NCBI GenBank assembly: GCA_051294375.1 | Contig: CM119267.1 | Span: 1,123,601-1,187,600 of the forward strand | DNA length: 64,000 nucleotides | Source of the DNA: Paraspadella gotoi | Taxonomy: Eukaryota > Animalia > Chaetognatha | Reading direction: 5' to 3' | Part shown: positions 1 through 14,800 of the stretch, piece after piece | How positions within the stretch are numbered: the first letter of the stretch is position 1 | Layout of the letters: the number at the start of each line of letters is the position of its first letter | The notes under the pieces: model-generated | What the model was told of the DNA's origin: nothing | The model's database searches: none | The model's input: the letters and a program-made list of their open reading frames with translations, nothing else | Position numbers and translations under genes: made by a program

Positions 1-2234
1 CCTTTTTCATGAGCAAAGAATGCGAAACGCTCATTCGCAGCATGTTGCAGGTCAGATCAGATAAGGTTTTCAAATAAAAGGCAATGAATTATGAAATCGC
101 GGGGAAAAAAATAAATGATTATCATACATTTATGAATATAAAATCAATAAAAATTTAATTTTAATAGCACCACTTTTTTCCATTCTCTTAAATCCTACAG
201 GTGAATCCGGACGAACGCGCCACGATTGCCGGCGTCATTAAGAACAAATGGGTAACGATGAACGGTGAAGATCCAGAGTTCGTCCGCTTGGTGGCGCTGC
301 GAGCGAAAGACGCCTGCGTCAGCGCCGACGCCTCGGAAGAGACGGTTCTGAATCGAATGGCGAAACTGGGCATCGATCGAGAGAAGACTCTCGCCTCCGT
401 CGCCAAAGGAAACTTGGATAACTACTACGCCATCTATCATTTGATGTCAGACAAATACAGAAAACAAAACAAAATCGCCTACGATTATTCCGGTTACTAC
501 GCGACGACTTCCTCGGCGCTTCAGCCCATTACGTCGCCGCCCGCTGCAGCCGGCGGCCGACGACGCGGCAGCATCACTACCGGCATCGTCGAGAAAATGG
601 AGGAGCCGGAAACGAAGCCGACAGCGGCGCCGGTTTCTCGCGCCGGAGAATTTCCGGTTTGGACGATCGGCGCCGGAATCGCCGATGAAACGACTCCAGA
701 GACGGAGACGTCGGAGATGGAACACGAGGACGAACCATCGCCGGAAGCTCTCGCCCGCTATCTCGCCATGCGACGCCACACTGTCGGCGTCTCGGAATTG
801 CAACAACAAATTCCTAAACCTTCATTGGCCTTTCATCCCTTTCCTTTAATGACGTTGGCGACCAACGAACAACAGAATCGCCTCTCCTCCGAAACGACGC
901 CGCTTCTTCCTCTGGCGTCGAATCTCGACGCCGCTTGGCCCAATCAACAACAGCAGATCTCCCTCATCGCCCCGCCATTCGTTCAAGCCTCTCCCAGTCC
1001 AGAGCCAGTCCTTCTCCAGGCCCATCACCAGCGCGAGCCTTCCGACGAAGAGTCGGGCCTTTCCGCTCCGCCGCCCGATCTTTATTCCTCGCAGTCGGGC
1101 AACCGTCGGGCCTCCGACGGCGGCGCCCACGTCCAGCTCTGCACCTCTTTTCTGGAGCAGCAGCTGCTGCTGAATCTGGCACAGCAGGTGGCCGCAGGGG
1201 AGAGACTGACTCCTTGCGGCAGCAGCCGCAGCAGCGGGAACTCTTTAGCGTCTCGCGGAATCTCTCCTTCTCCGATCACCGAAGCCTGCGAAGCCGACGA
1301 TCCGGCCGAATGCCTTCAACGCGATCGAGGATGTAGCCTGCACAACTTCGAAGGCGCCGCCGATCCCGCCCTCGACTCTCATCCGAGTCCGACGCCGTCG
1401 CGCGGTCGTCGCAGCGCCGGCGCTACGCTGCTGCCCTACGGCGTTGAACGCGGCGCTCACGGACGCCACAGTGATTCCTCGACGTTTCTCCTCGTGGATC
1501 GATCTTCTCCAACCCGACGCGCCAGCGACTCGAGCGCTACGCTGCAACAGTATCAGAAGCGACTCGAAAGACTCTACAGCAACACCATCAATGACCCCAA
1601 CGCCGGCGTGCCTCCCTTGCAAGAGTTTCACAGGTTGGAGAGGGAAATCAATCAACGCCGACACCAACACGGATTGACATTGAGCCCCGACGCGCATCAA
1701 GACTCCATTCTGCAACCCTCCATCGCTTTGATGAACGGAGCTTTCGCCACCGATGCCCCGCAGTTCAACCTTCAGGAAAACCTCCAACAATTGCAGCTGA
1801 CGGTGCCCAACGGTCCAGATATAACCTGGAGCCAACAACAACAGCACGCCGTTTCGCTTTCGCCCACCGCCTTTCGGATGTTGAACGATCCCGTCGCATC
1901 GGCGCCGGGATTCCCCTTCGGTCGTGTCTCCCCGCCGGCGCAAAGTCTCGGCAAGATCATGGAGGCGTCCTACGAGATGGGCGCCGAGATGGAGACCACG
2001 CCCACCCAGCGACGCTCGCTCCTTCCGGCGCCGGATATCAACGTGACATTCCATGCGGGTGACGGCGCTGCCGCCGCCGAGATGGAATGCGACGTGGGAG
2101 GCAGCGGAGAACTCGATAGATTCGACGGCGGCGGCGGAGGAGGAGGAGGAGGAGATGATGATGAGATTAAAGACTTTGGTCCTTATCTTTCTAATCTGAT
2201 AAATTCGAAGGAAAATGAGTTCGACGTCACGTGA
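1..2234 (+). CDS. SIK3: Salt-inducible kinase SIK3-like, 3' part (exon 1-50, GT-AG intron 51-200, terminal exon 201-2234)
   Basis: End of an AMPK-family kinase domain (PFFMSKECETLIRSMLQ|VNPDERATI..KNKW), then a UBA-like segment (YYAIYHLM) and SIK3 signature motifs PSPEALARYLAMRRHTVGV, RRASDGGA and RRGSITTG. Confidence 0.88.
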
Positions 2235-2432
2235 TTCGTTTTTTCGATCCCCGCCTCTGTTTTGTTTTGTTTTTGTTTTTTTTTGTTTTTTTATTAAGGG
2301 AAAATATTAATTTATATTGTGAATTTTTGTTTTAATTGTTTTAATACGGTCATAAACGATAATGTAATCAAAAGTTCATCTCTTATGATAACAATGAAAG
2401 GCTCAGATGCTAAGTTTACAAAGTAATTTGCA

Positions 2433-2476
<44 letters not shown>

Positions 2477-2813
2477 CAAAATGAGATTGCGTGTTGTTGT
2501 TGTTCGTCCACAGGATTAAAATCATCGCTTTAAATTTATTTCAAATTAAAATGTAATCAATCTTTTTTCCTCGTTTGTTTGTCAACAAAGGCGGCCTTCT
2601 CTTTTTTTCTTATTTTGTTTAGAGTGAATTTCATTTTTTTTTCCGATGTTCTTGATTTTTTTTATTGTTCCTCACAATTGTTAGTTATATTTAAATTTTC
2701 TCAAAAAAAAAATTGTTTTCAGTCATCCAAAATACTAGGATGTGTCGTCCTAAGTTCTTTTTATTTAATAAAATTGATTTCTTTTGTTTTTAGCTCATAA
2801 ATTTAAATAAAAC

Positions 2814-5800
2814 ATGGGGACGGAGGACATGGTAGACGATGACATGGCGGACGATGACATGGTAGACGATGACATGGTCGACGATAAACTGGACGATGTC
2901 TTCTTTTCGGCGATGGACTTCGACGACGACGTCTGGAGGACGAAGCTGGAGTCGCTCGTCGATATCCTCTTCTTGCAGCTCGAAGACTTGGATGCGGCGG
3001 GGGAAAAAAGGGACAAAGGATTATCCAATCGAGACAAAGGAACTCTGAGCGAAAGAGGGATTGAGGCTTTGGCTTTGACATTGAGACGAGTCATCGAGTC
3101 TGTCAATTACGATGAGAAAGACGTGAGTGAATTCTTGGTGAATCTGTAATAAAACTTGAGCTAATAATATTACTAATGTGAGGGTTAAATCCGTAAAACT
3201 GAGATGAAATCTAAATCCTCTAATTTCTTAAATCTTTTTCTCCTCTAAATCTCTTTCTATCCCCCGCCAAATGTCTGCCAAATCCCTTCCCTTTCTCAGC
3301 CTCTCCCTCGCTTCTCCCGCGCTCTCGATCTCCTCGAACTCGTCACGGCGCCGACTCGGTTCCAAACCCGGCGCCTTTTTGTTCCGCGACGCCGGCTCCT
3401 CCTTCGGACGTTGAGCGGATGGCGCCGCGTCAGCGCCCCGCTGCTGCGCCGTCTGACGGAGCGGAACCTCGTCGACGCGGAGACATTTTTGACGGCGGCG
3501 AGTGGGCGTGGCGAGACGCTGAGGCGTTTCGGTGAAAGTCTGAGGGAGATGGTGAGAGGAGGAGGAGGAGGAGGAGATGATCTGCTTCGCGGAATCGTTG
3601 GGACGGCGTTCGAGGAAGGTCAATAAAGAGAAAAAAAAAAAGAGAGAGAAAGAGAGAGATAGATAAATAGATTAACTTAGGCTCGATCCTTCCGAAAGGC
3701 AGTCGGTCGTCCTCGGCCGCCGTCTCCGTCCTCGACGCGATGCTTTGCCAAGATCTCGTCGAATGGAGAGACAGAGAACGAGACGATGAGGCGAGGATGG
3801 AGAGGGAGACGGCGCGCCCCCCCAAGAGGCGAAGGCGAGAAGCGTTGAGGGTTTTTCACGCCCTCATCGATGTCGTCGATTTTGAAGAAAAGGGAAAGAG
3901 AAAAAAGGTTTATTCATCTTACGTTATTTGGAATGTAAACCCGTCAAGTATTTTACAATCTTTTTCGAATTTCCTCATTCTCTTCCCTCTCCTCTCTTGC
4001 TCCTTTCGAACCCCCCTCCTTTCCCAACTCTCCCCTTCCTCTATTTCCCTTTTCCTCTCCTTATGCCTTCCCCTCTACCTCCTTTCCTAATCGCCCTTCC
4101 TCTCTTCCTCCCTCTACCCTCCTTCGCTCCTCCTGCTCCTCCTTTCAGCTCCTCTTCCATCTCCTCACATCTGTCCTCACCTTCGACGCTTCAGTCACGT
4201 GCACCATGGCCATTGCATCTCAACACGAATGGACTTTGAAGACGGCGTCGTCGAACCTCGAGGAAATGGGGCTTCTCTTTGCCAGAATGATTCCCCTGTC
4301 AGGTCAGTGATGGAGAAAATTCTCTGAAGAACGTCATCTAAAAGACTCATTGATTGCCCACAACAATCCCCCTCTAACATCAGATTAAAAATCGATGTTG
4401 CTAATGATTTGTTTTTTTCATCGCCTCAGTCTAAAATCCCGTTAAAGTCGATCTGGCTTTTTCCCAACGGCTTTCCCCCCGTGTCTTTTTCCCTATGGCT
4501 TTCCCCCACGGCTTCTCCCCACGATTTCTACTGGTTTCTTTCATGACTTTCCCGCATGGCTTTCCCCCATTGTTATCGCTCAATGACCTCCTCCTCGACC
4601 TCCATAGATCCTTCGACCATCCTCCATCGCGCCGTCGACTCCGTCTGCAACGACGAGACCGAGATCAGTCACCGCCTCTTCCTCTTCCTCGTCTCCTGCC
4701 TCCTCGCCGCGGACGAAGGAGTTGGGAAGACTGCGGCGTCGATCGTCGACTCCAAGATTCGTGACACTTTCGCTGGTGGGTCAGTTGATCAATAATGAAT
4801 TTATTTTTATCGTCACAATCGCTTTGCGTTTGCGACGATCTTGTAACGCTTTTGCGCATAATTGGCGTAGTCGTTGTCGTCGGCGTTCTCACTTATCGAT
4901 CGCCTTTTTGATAATTAAATTTGGGCGTATGAAGCTTCTCATTACCGAGGTCCTTGAAATTAGGTGAGGACAGTTATTAAATGTTTTGTTTACGTTTTAT
5001 CAAAACGAACAAATTTCCTCTATTATTTTTATGTCTCCTTCTCTCTCTCTCTCTTTTCTCTTTTAATTATAAGTAGCTCTCTCTCTCTTTTCCCCAGGCT
5101 GATTCATTGGAAAAAAAAGTCTGCAGCTGGCTCTGGCCTCTGGCAGGGGCTTTTCTTTTTCTCTTTTCTCTCTGATGCTTCTGCTGCTGCCTTTCTTTCT
5201 TTTTTTCTGGTTGCCTCTGCTGCTGCCGCTGCTGATTCGTCTGAAACGATTTGGCTTCCTCTCTTCTTTCTCTCTCTGCTTTTTTATAAAAAAAAAAAAT
5301 TGAATTAGGATTGAACTCGTAAAATTAGGCCATCGTATTCGTGCATGTTAATCATTTTGCTTCGCAACATGGGTTTTTATTTTGTTCTTTCTTCTCGTCA
5401 CTCTCTTTATTTTTTTTTTTTCTTTTCTTCCTTTCTATTCTTTCTTTCTTTTATTCTTTCATTCCTTTCTATTCTTTCTTTCCTTTCTATTCCTTTCTTC
5501 CTTTCTATCTTTTTTCCCTTCTATTCTTTTCTTTCTTTCTATTCTTTCTTTCATTTCTATTTTTTCTTTCCTTTCTATTCTTTCTTTCCTTTCTATTCTT
5601 TCTTTCCTTTATTTTTTTTTTTCATTTCTTTTCGTTATCTTTCATTCTATTCTTTTTTCATTCTTTCTTTCCTTTTTTCCTTTCTATTTCCTTTCTTTCC
5701 ATTTATTTTTTTCTTCTTTTCTTCTGTTTATAAATTAATTTTCTTTTCTCAATTTGATTTTTTTTGTATCAAAATTTTGTCGTCAATCCAGATTTTTCTT

Positions 5801-8800
5801 ATGCGATTGCGACGATCCTACGCTTTTATGATTTTTTTAAAAAATTGGTGGATTCAATAATAATAATAATAATTAATATGTATTCGAGGCAGTAGTATTT
5901 CCTTTGTCGTCCTATGGGTTGTTTTTTTTTTTCGTCGCAATCGCTTGCCGTTGTGACGATTTTGGGACGATGGTCTGCGTTCCAAATTATAGGATGGAAG
6001 TGTGCAATTGGATAAAGTGTGGCGGTATATTCACACCGCCTCACGTCCACCATCCGTCAGCCAAATCCATTGGCTCAGAGGGGGAACACACCATCCCAGG
6101 CGTAGTGTTCCATCCACAGTCCTAACGACTTCCCTCTGCGTTGGCAAAGCGAGACCGTCCTAGGGTACCGCGCCCAGTGACTGGAGGCGTCACTGAGGGT
6201 CGGAAGCCCCCAAAGCCAACAGTGAGATGCCCCATCCCAATGGGCATCACAGGCAACCCGGCTGTTGCCATAAAGCTGAAAAATTCAGATAAAGCTTCTC
6301 GTCATCAAGGTCTTTCAAAATGATAAAAGTAGATATGTCGCTCCGCGCTAAGAAAAAAATCCGAAAGAATATAACTTTGTTCCTATCAAATTTTTGCACT
6401 AGTAGCGCAGTAAATATTACAAAAACATTGATGTTTTTTGAAAACTACAGTGTTGGGCTATCCAACGCCGCCGGGAACTAAAAAAAATTTCATAAAGGTC
6501 TGGTGCACAAAATACTAAAAAAAAAAAAACTGCTTTCAATCGGATTTCTTTAAAATTTTTCTTTATATTTGCCGGTTTTTACTGTAAAAGTCAAATATAT
6601 TTGCAGCGGTCTTGTACTGATTTCGATTCTGTTGGGTTAGGCTATCTTTCAAGCACATAACGAAAAAATAAAATTAATGTCATAGTATGAAATAATAGCA
6701 ATTTTCTCTCAAAAATTTTGTTTCTTACTGTTTTTGCCAAACATGCTCTTTTAAAATTATAAATATAATGATTAACTAATGAAAACTACAATGTTTTAGG
6801 TACATTTCGTTGCCGGAACAAAGAAAATTCAATTGACATTATAGTATCAAATATGGAGCCTTGAAATACCCTTATTTCTTTGTAATTTACCTCTTTATTG
6901 ATAAAAGCCTTGTATCATAGTATAAAATGAAAACAACAATTTCACCATACCGCTACATTAATTTGCATGTTATTAAAAGGGCTGTAGTGTTTTTTAATAA
7001 AAATCGTTTATATTCATATAGTTAATTAGGATTATGCAAAAGTTTTAATTTGCATCTATAGATGACCAAATTTATAAATCTGATAATAGAGGCTTTTGGC
7101 CCTATGTCTGTCATTTTTAAATCAGCCGGAACTAAGTTTGAGCTCCAGAATTTTCATATTGTTATTTTTTTTTTGGTTTTTTTAAGGTTACTACATGAAA
7201 TTTGTTTATTTTTTTATTTTTCATCAAAATGATTAATTTATTATTCTTAGTATTTACTTATACGTATAAGGCATAGAAAAATTATGATAACTATCATTTT
7301 TTATATTTTAAAATTTTTCAAGTGTGTTTAAATTAATTTTAAAAGTTGTTATACTTTTGACTAAGATTCCTATCCAGTTTTTAAAAAAAATCCTTTCAAA
7401 CGTTTAAGAAAAATTATATGGAAAAGATGCCCANNNNNNNNNNNNNNNNNNNNNNNNNTGAATGTGGATGAACCTCCTAAAATTAGGCCTCATCGTATTC
7501 CGTGCATGGTTATATCATTTTGCTATCGCAACATGGGGTTTTTATTTTGTTCTTTCTTCTCGTCACTCTCTTTATTTTTATTTTTTTCTTTTTTCCTTTA
7601 TTTTCTTTCTTTCCTTTCTATTCTTCTTCCTTTCTTCTTCTCCTTTCTATTCTTTCTTTCCTTTCTATTTCTTTTTTTCCCTTCTATTCTTTCTTTTCAT
7701 TTCTATTCTTTCTTTCATTTCTATTTTTTCTTTCCTTTCTATTCTTTCTTTCCTTTCTATTCTTTCTTCCTTTATTTTTTTTTTTTTCATTTCTATTTTG
7801 TTACTATGTTTCTATCTTTTTTCATTCTTTCTTTCCTTTTTTTCCTTTCTATTCTTTCTTTCCATTTATTCTTTTCTTCTTTTCTTTCTGTTTATAAATT
7901 AATTTTCTTTTCTCAAAATTTGATTTTTTTTGTATCAAAAAATTTGTTTCGTCAATCCAGATTTTTCTTATGCGATTGCGACGAATCCTTACGCTTACGC
8001 TTTTATGATTTTTTTAAAAATTGTGGATTCAATAAGAATAATAATAATAATATGTATTCGAGGCAGAAGTATTTCCTTTGTCGTCCTATGGGTTGTTTTT
8101 TTTTTCGTCGCAATCGCTTGCGTTAGTGACGATTTTTGGACGATTAGGTCTGCGCTTCCCAAATTATAGATGAAGTGTGCAATTGGATAAAGTGTGGCGG
8201 TATATTCACACCGCCTCACGTCCACCATCCGTCAGCCAAATCCATTGGCTCAGAGGGGGAACACACCATCCCAGGCGTAGTGTTCCATCCACAGTCCTAA
8301 ACTTCCCTCTGCGTTGGCAAAGCGAGACCGTCCTAGGGTAACGCCGCCAGTGACTGGAGGCGTCACTGAGGGTCGGAAGCCCCCAAAGCCAACAGTGAGA
8401 TGCCCCATCCCAATGGGCATCACAGGCAACCCGGCTGTGCCAAATAAAAGCTGAAAAATCAGATAAAGCTTCTCGTCATCAAGGGTCTTTCAAAATTGAT
8501 TAAAAGTTGTTGATACCCTGTTCGCTCCGCGCTAAGAAAAAAATCCGAAAGAATGATAACTTTGGTTCCTATAAATTTTTGCACTAGTAGCGCAGTAAAT
8601 ATTACAAAACCATTGATGGTTTTTGAAACTACAGTGTTTGGGCTATCCAACGCCGCCGGAACTAAAAAAATTCATAAAGGTCTGGTGCACAAAATACTAA
8701 AAAAAAAAAACTGCTTTCAATCGGATTTCTTTAAATTTTTTTTATATTTTGCGGTTTTTACTGTAAAAGTCAAATATATTTGCAGCGGTCTTGTACTGAT

Positions 8801-11800
8801 TTCGATTCTGTTGGGTTTAGGCTATCTTTCAAGCACATAACGAAAAAATAAAATTAATGTCATAGTATGAAATAATAGCAATTTTCTCTCAAAATTTTGT
8901 TTCTTACTGTTTTTGCCAAACATGCTCTTTAAAATTATAAATATAATGATTAACTAATGAAACTACAATGTTTTAGGTACATTTCGTTGCCGGAACAAAG
9001 AAAATTCATTGACATTATAGTATCAATATGGAGCCTTGAAATACCTTATTTTCTTTGTAATTTACCTCTTTATTGATAAAAGCCTTGTATCATAGTATAA
9101 AATGAAAACAACAATTTCACCATACCGCTACATTAATTTGCATGTTATTAAAAGGCTGTAGTGGTTTTTTTAATAAAAATCGTTTATATTCATATAGTTA
9201 ATTAGGATTATGCAAAAGTTTTAATTTGCATCTATAGATGACCCAAATTTATAAATCTGATAATAGAGGCTTTTGGCCCTATGTCTGTCATTTTTAAATC
9301 AGCCGGAACTAAGTTTGAGCTCCAGAATTTTCATATTGTTATTTTTTTTTTGGTTTTTTTAAGGTTACTACATGAAATTTGTTTATTTTTTTATTTTCAT
9401 CAAAATGATAATTTATTATTCTTAGTATTTACTTATACGTATAAGGCATAGAAAAATTATGATAACTATCATTTTTTATATTTTAAAATTTTTCAAAGTG
9501 TGTTTAAATTAATTTTAAAAGTTGTTATACTTTTGACTAAGATTCCTATCCAGTTTTTAAAAAAAATCCTTTCAAACGTTTAAGAAAAATTATATGGAAA
9601 AGATGCCCAATAATTATGGCTTTAATTTGACACCAGTCCCATCGTTCTATCATTTTTTGTTCAAAAGATATCTAAGAAAATCAATTTTTATATTGTCAAT
9701 TAAGTCACTCAGCTGAAGTTAAAAATTTGAGTGGAACCAAAAAGAAAATTGGGCGTGGAAGATGACCGTTTTATGTGGATTATTTCTAAACCCTTAGATC
9801 GATTGATTTGAAACGTATCAACAATATTGACATAATTTCCTATCAGTAAATGTAAAAATATTTAAAATAAATTTTAAAACAGACAGCTAACTTGCCTATC
9901 TAGATAAAGTTGATTGATCTAATTTGGATTCCCTTCATATTATGACTAACTGTAATATCCAAATTAGCATATATTATAAAAAATATATATCTTAGAGAGA
10001 TATGAAATGGTTTAAGTATATGTCACTCTCTTTCTCTCTCTTTTTCTCAGTCGCTGCATCTTCTGATTCGTCCAAAATCGAGTTGAGCTCTGCTGCAACT
10101 GGAGCTCACTCTTTCTCTCTATGTAGCAAATTAACCGCTGCAACACCTTACTAACGAGCCTGGGAGCTTTACTAGCTTTTTAGCTACTGAAGTTTAATCG
10201 TTGTTAGCAGAAAAGGAACAGAGAGCAGAAAATGACTTTTGTTGTTTATTTACATGAAGGATATATATCACAATGAGTAAAAGAAGTAAAAGTTTAGACT
10301 TAACCGCATTTAAGCTCTTGCCTCCGTGGATGTTAAAAGAGGACTCCTCTCTTCCTCCCTCTCATACATTTTCTTTCTCTTTGTCTCCTCTCCTCCATTC
10401 CTCTTTGTTCCCTGCCTCGATTTCCTCTCACGCACGACCGCGTTCTGCGCGGTCGGGAGCCTAATCCTTTTCTTGCGCGAGTTCTCGGTTCTCTTTATTT
10501 GACCCATATTCCCTTTCCTATTATTACTCGCTTCATCTAGTCTCTCTCTCTCTCACTCTCTCTCTCTCGCGCGTGCGCTCTCTCTCTCTTACAAACATTT
10601 TTGTCGGGATCGAACTCGTGATGTTGAGCTCCGCGTGGCACATGTTACTGTTTTATAATTCTCTCTCTTTTTCTATCTCTTTCACACATTTATTCAGTCA
10701 ATTTCTTTAATTAGATTAAATTAATTAAATTCGTTCAATTTAATTAATTTAGTTCATGCTTTTAAATTTATTTACTCAATGCAATTTATTTATCTCAATT
10801 TTGTAAGTTATTTAAATTAAATTTAATTCATTCATTTTATTTATTTCATTCATTCGAATTGTTTCATTGATTCAATTCAATATAATCTTTCCGTTCCCTC
10901 GATTTAAACAGAAGAATCCTCTTGTCGCTTCGAGGATCTGATGATCGCCTTCCTCCTCGCTCGCCACGCCTCTTTCTCCGCCTCTCCAGACTTCCCCTCC
11001 TACTCTGAGTGGTTCTTCTCTCGATTCGGTCATCTTCCCAACTCCTTCGTCGACTCCAAACGAAGCTTCGGCCTTTTGGTCAAGTTTCTTTCTCAGTTGG
11101 TGCAATTCGAACCCGCCGCATGCTTGAAGGTTCGTTTCTCTATCTCACTCCTTCTTTCTCTTCCTTACCTCCTTTTCCCTTCTCTTCAGACGCACCTGCT
11201 GCATCCGCCGGCCACCAATTCGCCCGGGTGCAAAGAGTGTTGGCAAGATTACTCGGCGCTGGCCAAGACGAGGCTGGCCGATTTGAAAGAATCTCTCGAT
11301 CAGGTTTTTATTTTAGTTTATTTCAAATATTAAATATTATTTTACATTCAAAAAAAACGAGCCCGCCTTTATTAAAAAGGGCGCCATCTTCGGGTCATCT
11401 GACGCCGTATCCAAAACCGGCGTCGAATCTGCTACTAAAAGCGACGCCGCGAATAGAGACGTGGATGCCGCCGTCGCCGCCTTCGATAAACTCGGCGCCG
11501 TTCCACAGGTATTTATTTAAAGAAGGGAAATGATGACTTTGGGCGGTTAGCGGTTGGAATCAGGGCGAAACACAACAGAGATAACTGATCATTTGATCAA
11601 TATTCAATAACAAATTAACCAAACCTAATAACTCCCGATATTCGTTATACAGCACGATCAATGAAAGAAATGACTAATCTCATATATCAGTGAACGGTAA
11701 TTGAATACTAATTAAATTAATTAATTAATTAAATTTATTTGTAAACAAAAGGAATGATGTATGTATCTTCAGTTTCTTCCTGACACACATGTCCTCTTTT

Positions 11801-14800
11801 CTCTCACCCCCCACCACCCCACCCCTTCTCCCTCCTCCCCCAAAAGTCTGTGATGGCAGCAACGATGTTCAAAAAGTCCTACTTCCACGATCACTTCCTT
11901 CCGGCGTTGCTCCGCCCGCGCCCGACGCCGTCCTCCCCCGACGCCGTCGCTCGCTTCGTCGACGCCCTCGTCAAGGCCAACAAAATTCCGGCGCCGATTT
12001 ATGAAGGTTACGCGGAGGCGTGCCGGCGTGAGTCCGAGAGGTTGGTCCAACCTTTTAAATCCAATTTAGTTTTATAAATATACGTTAATATACAGAAGGC
12101 TTCATATTATAAAATGTGGTACCCCTTTTTTGTGACCAGAACACGTTCCGAGAAAACTACTGAATAGAATTTAATGAAATTTTGCATGCGAAGTACCAGT
12201 AGTGATACAAATGGAACTATCGAGGCGAATTTTTACATTCCACCCCTAAGCTGAGATAAGGGGCCCTGAGAGGGCAGCCCCTGAGAGGGCAGCCCCTGAG
12301 GGCCACAAATGGTCAAAAAAAAATTTTTCAAAAAATTTTTTCAAAATTTTTTTATTATTTTTGTTTTAAACAGTTGCACAGACGTTTACTCTTCCCAAAA
12401 ACATATTTATTACCTCACAAATATTCATTTACCTTAATTTTTACTTATGAACAAAAGCAGTTAAAGTCAGATTTGGAATAATTTGGGAAAATTGGAAGTA
12501 AAAACGATGAACCATGCATCTTCAACCATGCTTAATTCTTGCAAATTTAACAATTTTAGTTCTAAAATGTTTTGTTTTATGTTAAAACGTCAATGCACCT
12601 GATGCTACTAAAAAAATTTGAAAAGAAAAAAAAAATTAGCATTTTTTGGCCCCCAGGGGTCCACCCCAGGGCCCTGTATCTCTTGTCAGGGTTTGAATAT
12701 CAAAATTCCCTCGATAGTTCCATTTATATAATCATTAGTAGTCTAAATGTAAAATTTCATTAATTCGATTGGGTAGTTTGGTGGGAACAGATTCTGGTCA
12801 CAAAAAAGGGGTACTACATTTTATAATATGAAGCCTTCTGTATTATTAAGTCTTAGTTCCACTTGATCTAGGAAATGCGTAATTGCGTATGTTTCTATAG
12901 GAAGTGGAAAAGAATACCCGATCGCATAGATGATGATGATGATGATCATCATTATCATCATCATCATCAGATGCTTTATTTCAGATGGAATTCCTCTGAA
13001 TCCCCGAAAAATTACGAGGAAGAAGTCGGCGAGTTTTTCTCTTCACTTTCTCCGATGCAAAGAATTCGGCGTCGATTCGACAAATTGGCGTCAATTTTGA
13101 TCGCTGAAGCCACGCCCACTTCCGCCAGGTTAGTTTTGATGGGATATTTAGAGTTTTGCGAACTCATCTCATCCTTGGTTTAGTTCTCGCGTCTCCTCAT
13201 CCTCCTCTTCCTCCGTCCTCTTCGATCTCGATGCCGACGTGACGTCCATCCTGCGTCGCCACGCTCACGGCGACGCGATTCCGGCGGCGCGTCTCTTTCG
13301 TCTCGTTGACGCCGTCATTGAGGGATTCTGTACGACGACGCTGATGACGCGCGACGCCGGAAATCAGCGTCAGGCGTCGTGGATGACGGCGTTTTTCTCG
13401 TCGATCGCCAGATGGACCCCGATTCACGTGCCGATGGTCGTCAGGTTGCCCATTCTTAAGCAAAAAAAAAATATTTTGATTAAATTGAAATTATTATTAG
13501 TAAATGTCTCAAACATTGTAATAAGAGTCTAGAATAAATTGATAGGACATTTAAATTGGTAGAAATACAATTATAAACCATTAGTTTACATAAACATAAA
13601 AATTACTTGTTTTAATTTCAAAACTGCTATATGCTAATGAGATTTAAGATCACGATCGAATAACGCGACCGTTTGTTGCGTCAGGTCGATCGAATTGTGC
13701 ACGACTCAATTGCGCGAATTGGATTTTCACCAAGTTTTCTCTCTCGGTCGATTTCTTGCTCATTTTCGCGAGATTGAGACGGACGTCGCTCGCAATTTGC
13801 CCGACAGGTGAATTTTAAGGACTCTGAAGAATTCAGTGAAGAGAGTCAAGAAAGTGTTAGGATTAAGCAATTTGTTCAGTTTTTCTTCATGTCATCTGAC
13901 CTCTCTTTTCCCCCCCCCCTCTCCTTCAGCTTGTCCCTCGGCCCCACTTTACCGCCGAAAGCCTCGACTCAACCAATCGTCGATTTCATCCTTAATTCAT
14001 CTCCGCCTCTCGATTCAAACGCAGAGACTTTCTTCAATTTTTTCCTCTTCGCTTCTTCTTTTCTCGATCAGGTCTATTTACTTTCATTTCATTTAAAAAA
14101 TGTTGATGGAAACCGAACAACCAACAAATCTCTCTCTCTCTCTCTTTCTCTTGTCAACTCTTATATTTTTATTTTATGTCCGCTTCTTCTTCGCAATAAT
14201 ACTCGGTCGCCATAACCTTATTTGAATATCAGCTTTTCAACTCTGGAGCGGCTCGTCCAGTGTGGCTCACGTCGCCGATGATTCCCGATTCCTTCGCGTC
14301 GAAGATGATTTGGTTGAAGAGACGCTTGAGCCTCTGCTACTTCGAGGGGCGACCGACTGGAAGGACGAGGATATGCGCTCAGGCGGGTCGACGATTAATA
14401 TTTGACATGAAAAACATATATAATGTTTATATATAAATTCTTTAACAGATGAGAGATGCGGTGGATTTCGTGGATCGAGTCTTTGGTCTCAACGTCGATC
14501 GCTTCATCGATCATCTCTCGATCCAAGATTTTCTCAAGTTTGTCAATTTTATTTATACTCTTATTATTATTGATTTTGAAGAGACAGAATTATTGTGATT
14601 GTGATAGTTCGTGATAGAACAGATCAATACTGGCGGGTGAAGCGCCCCGTCGCTCTTAACTGTTAGGCGGCCACCTGGCTAGAACCCGGGACCTTGCCTC
14701 ATGCACCAATGGCCTCTGTTGAACAGTTGGTAGATTTTAGTCTACCATAATTAATAATTAATTCATTAACATATTTTCTTTATATTCTCCTCATCTTCCT

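Noticed and set aside
5341-8126. Phe/Leu/Ser-rich 'membrane protein' ORFs (also 26426-26846, 38321-39232 and the poly-Ile part of 63567-63860)
   Set aside because: They are translations of pyrimidine, G-rich or (AAT)n simple repeats.
5320-9610. 2.1-kb tandem duplication as a real segmental duplication
   Set aside because: The copies meet at an N gap and differ mainly by homopolymer indels, so this is most likely unmerged contig overlap or haplotypes.
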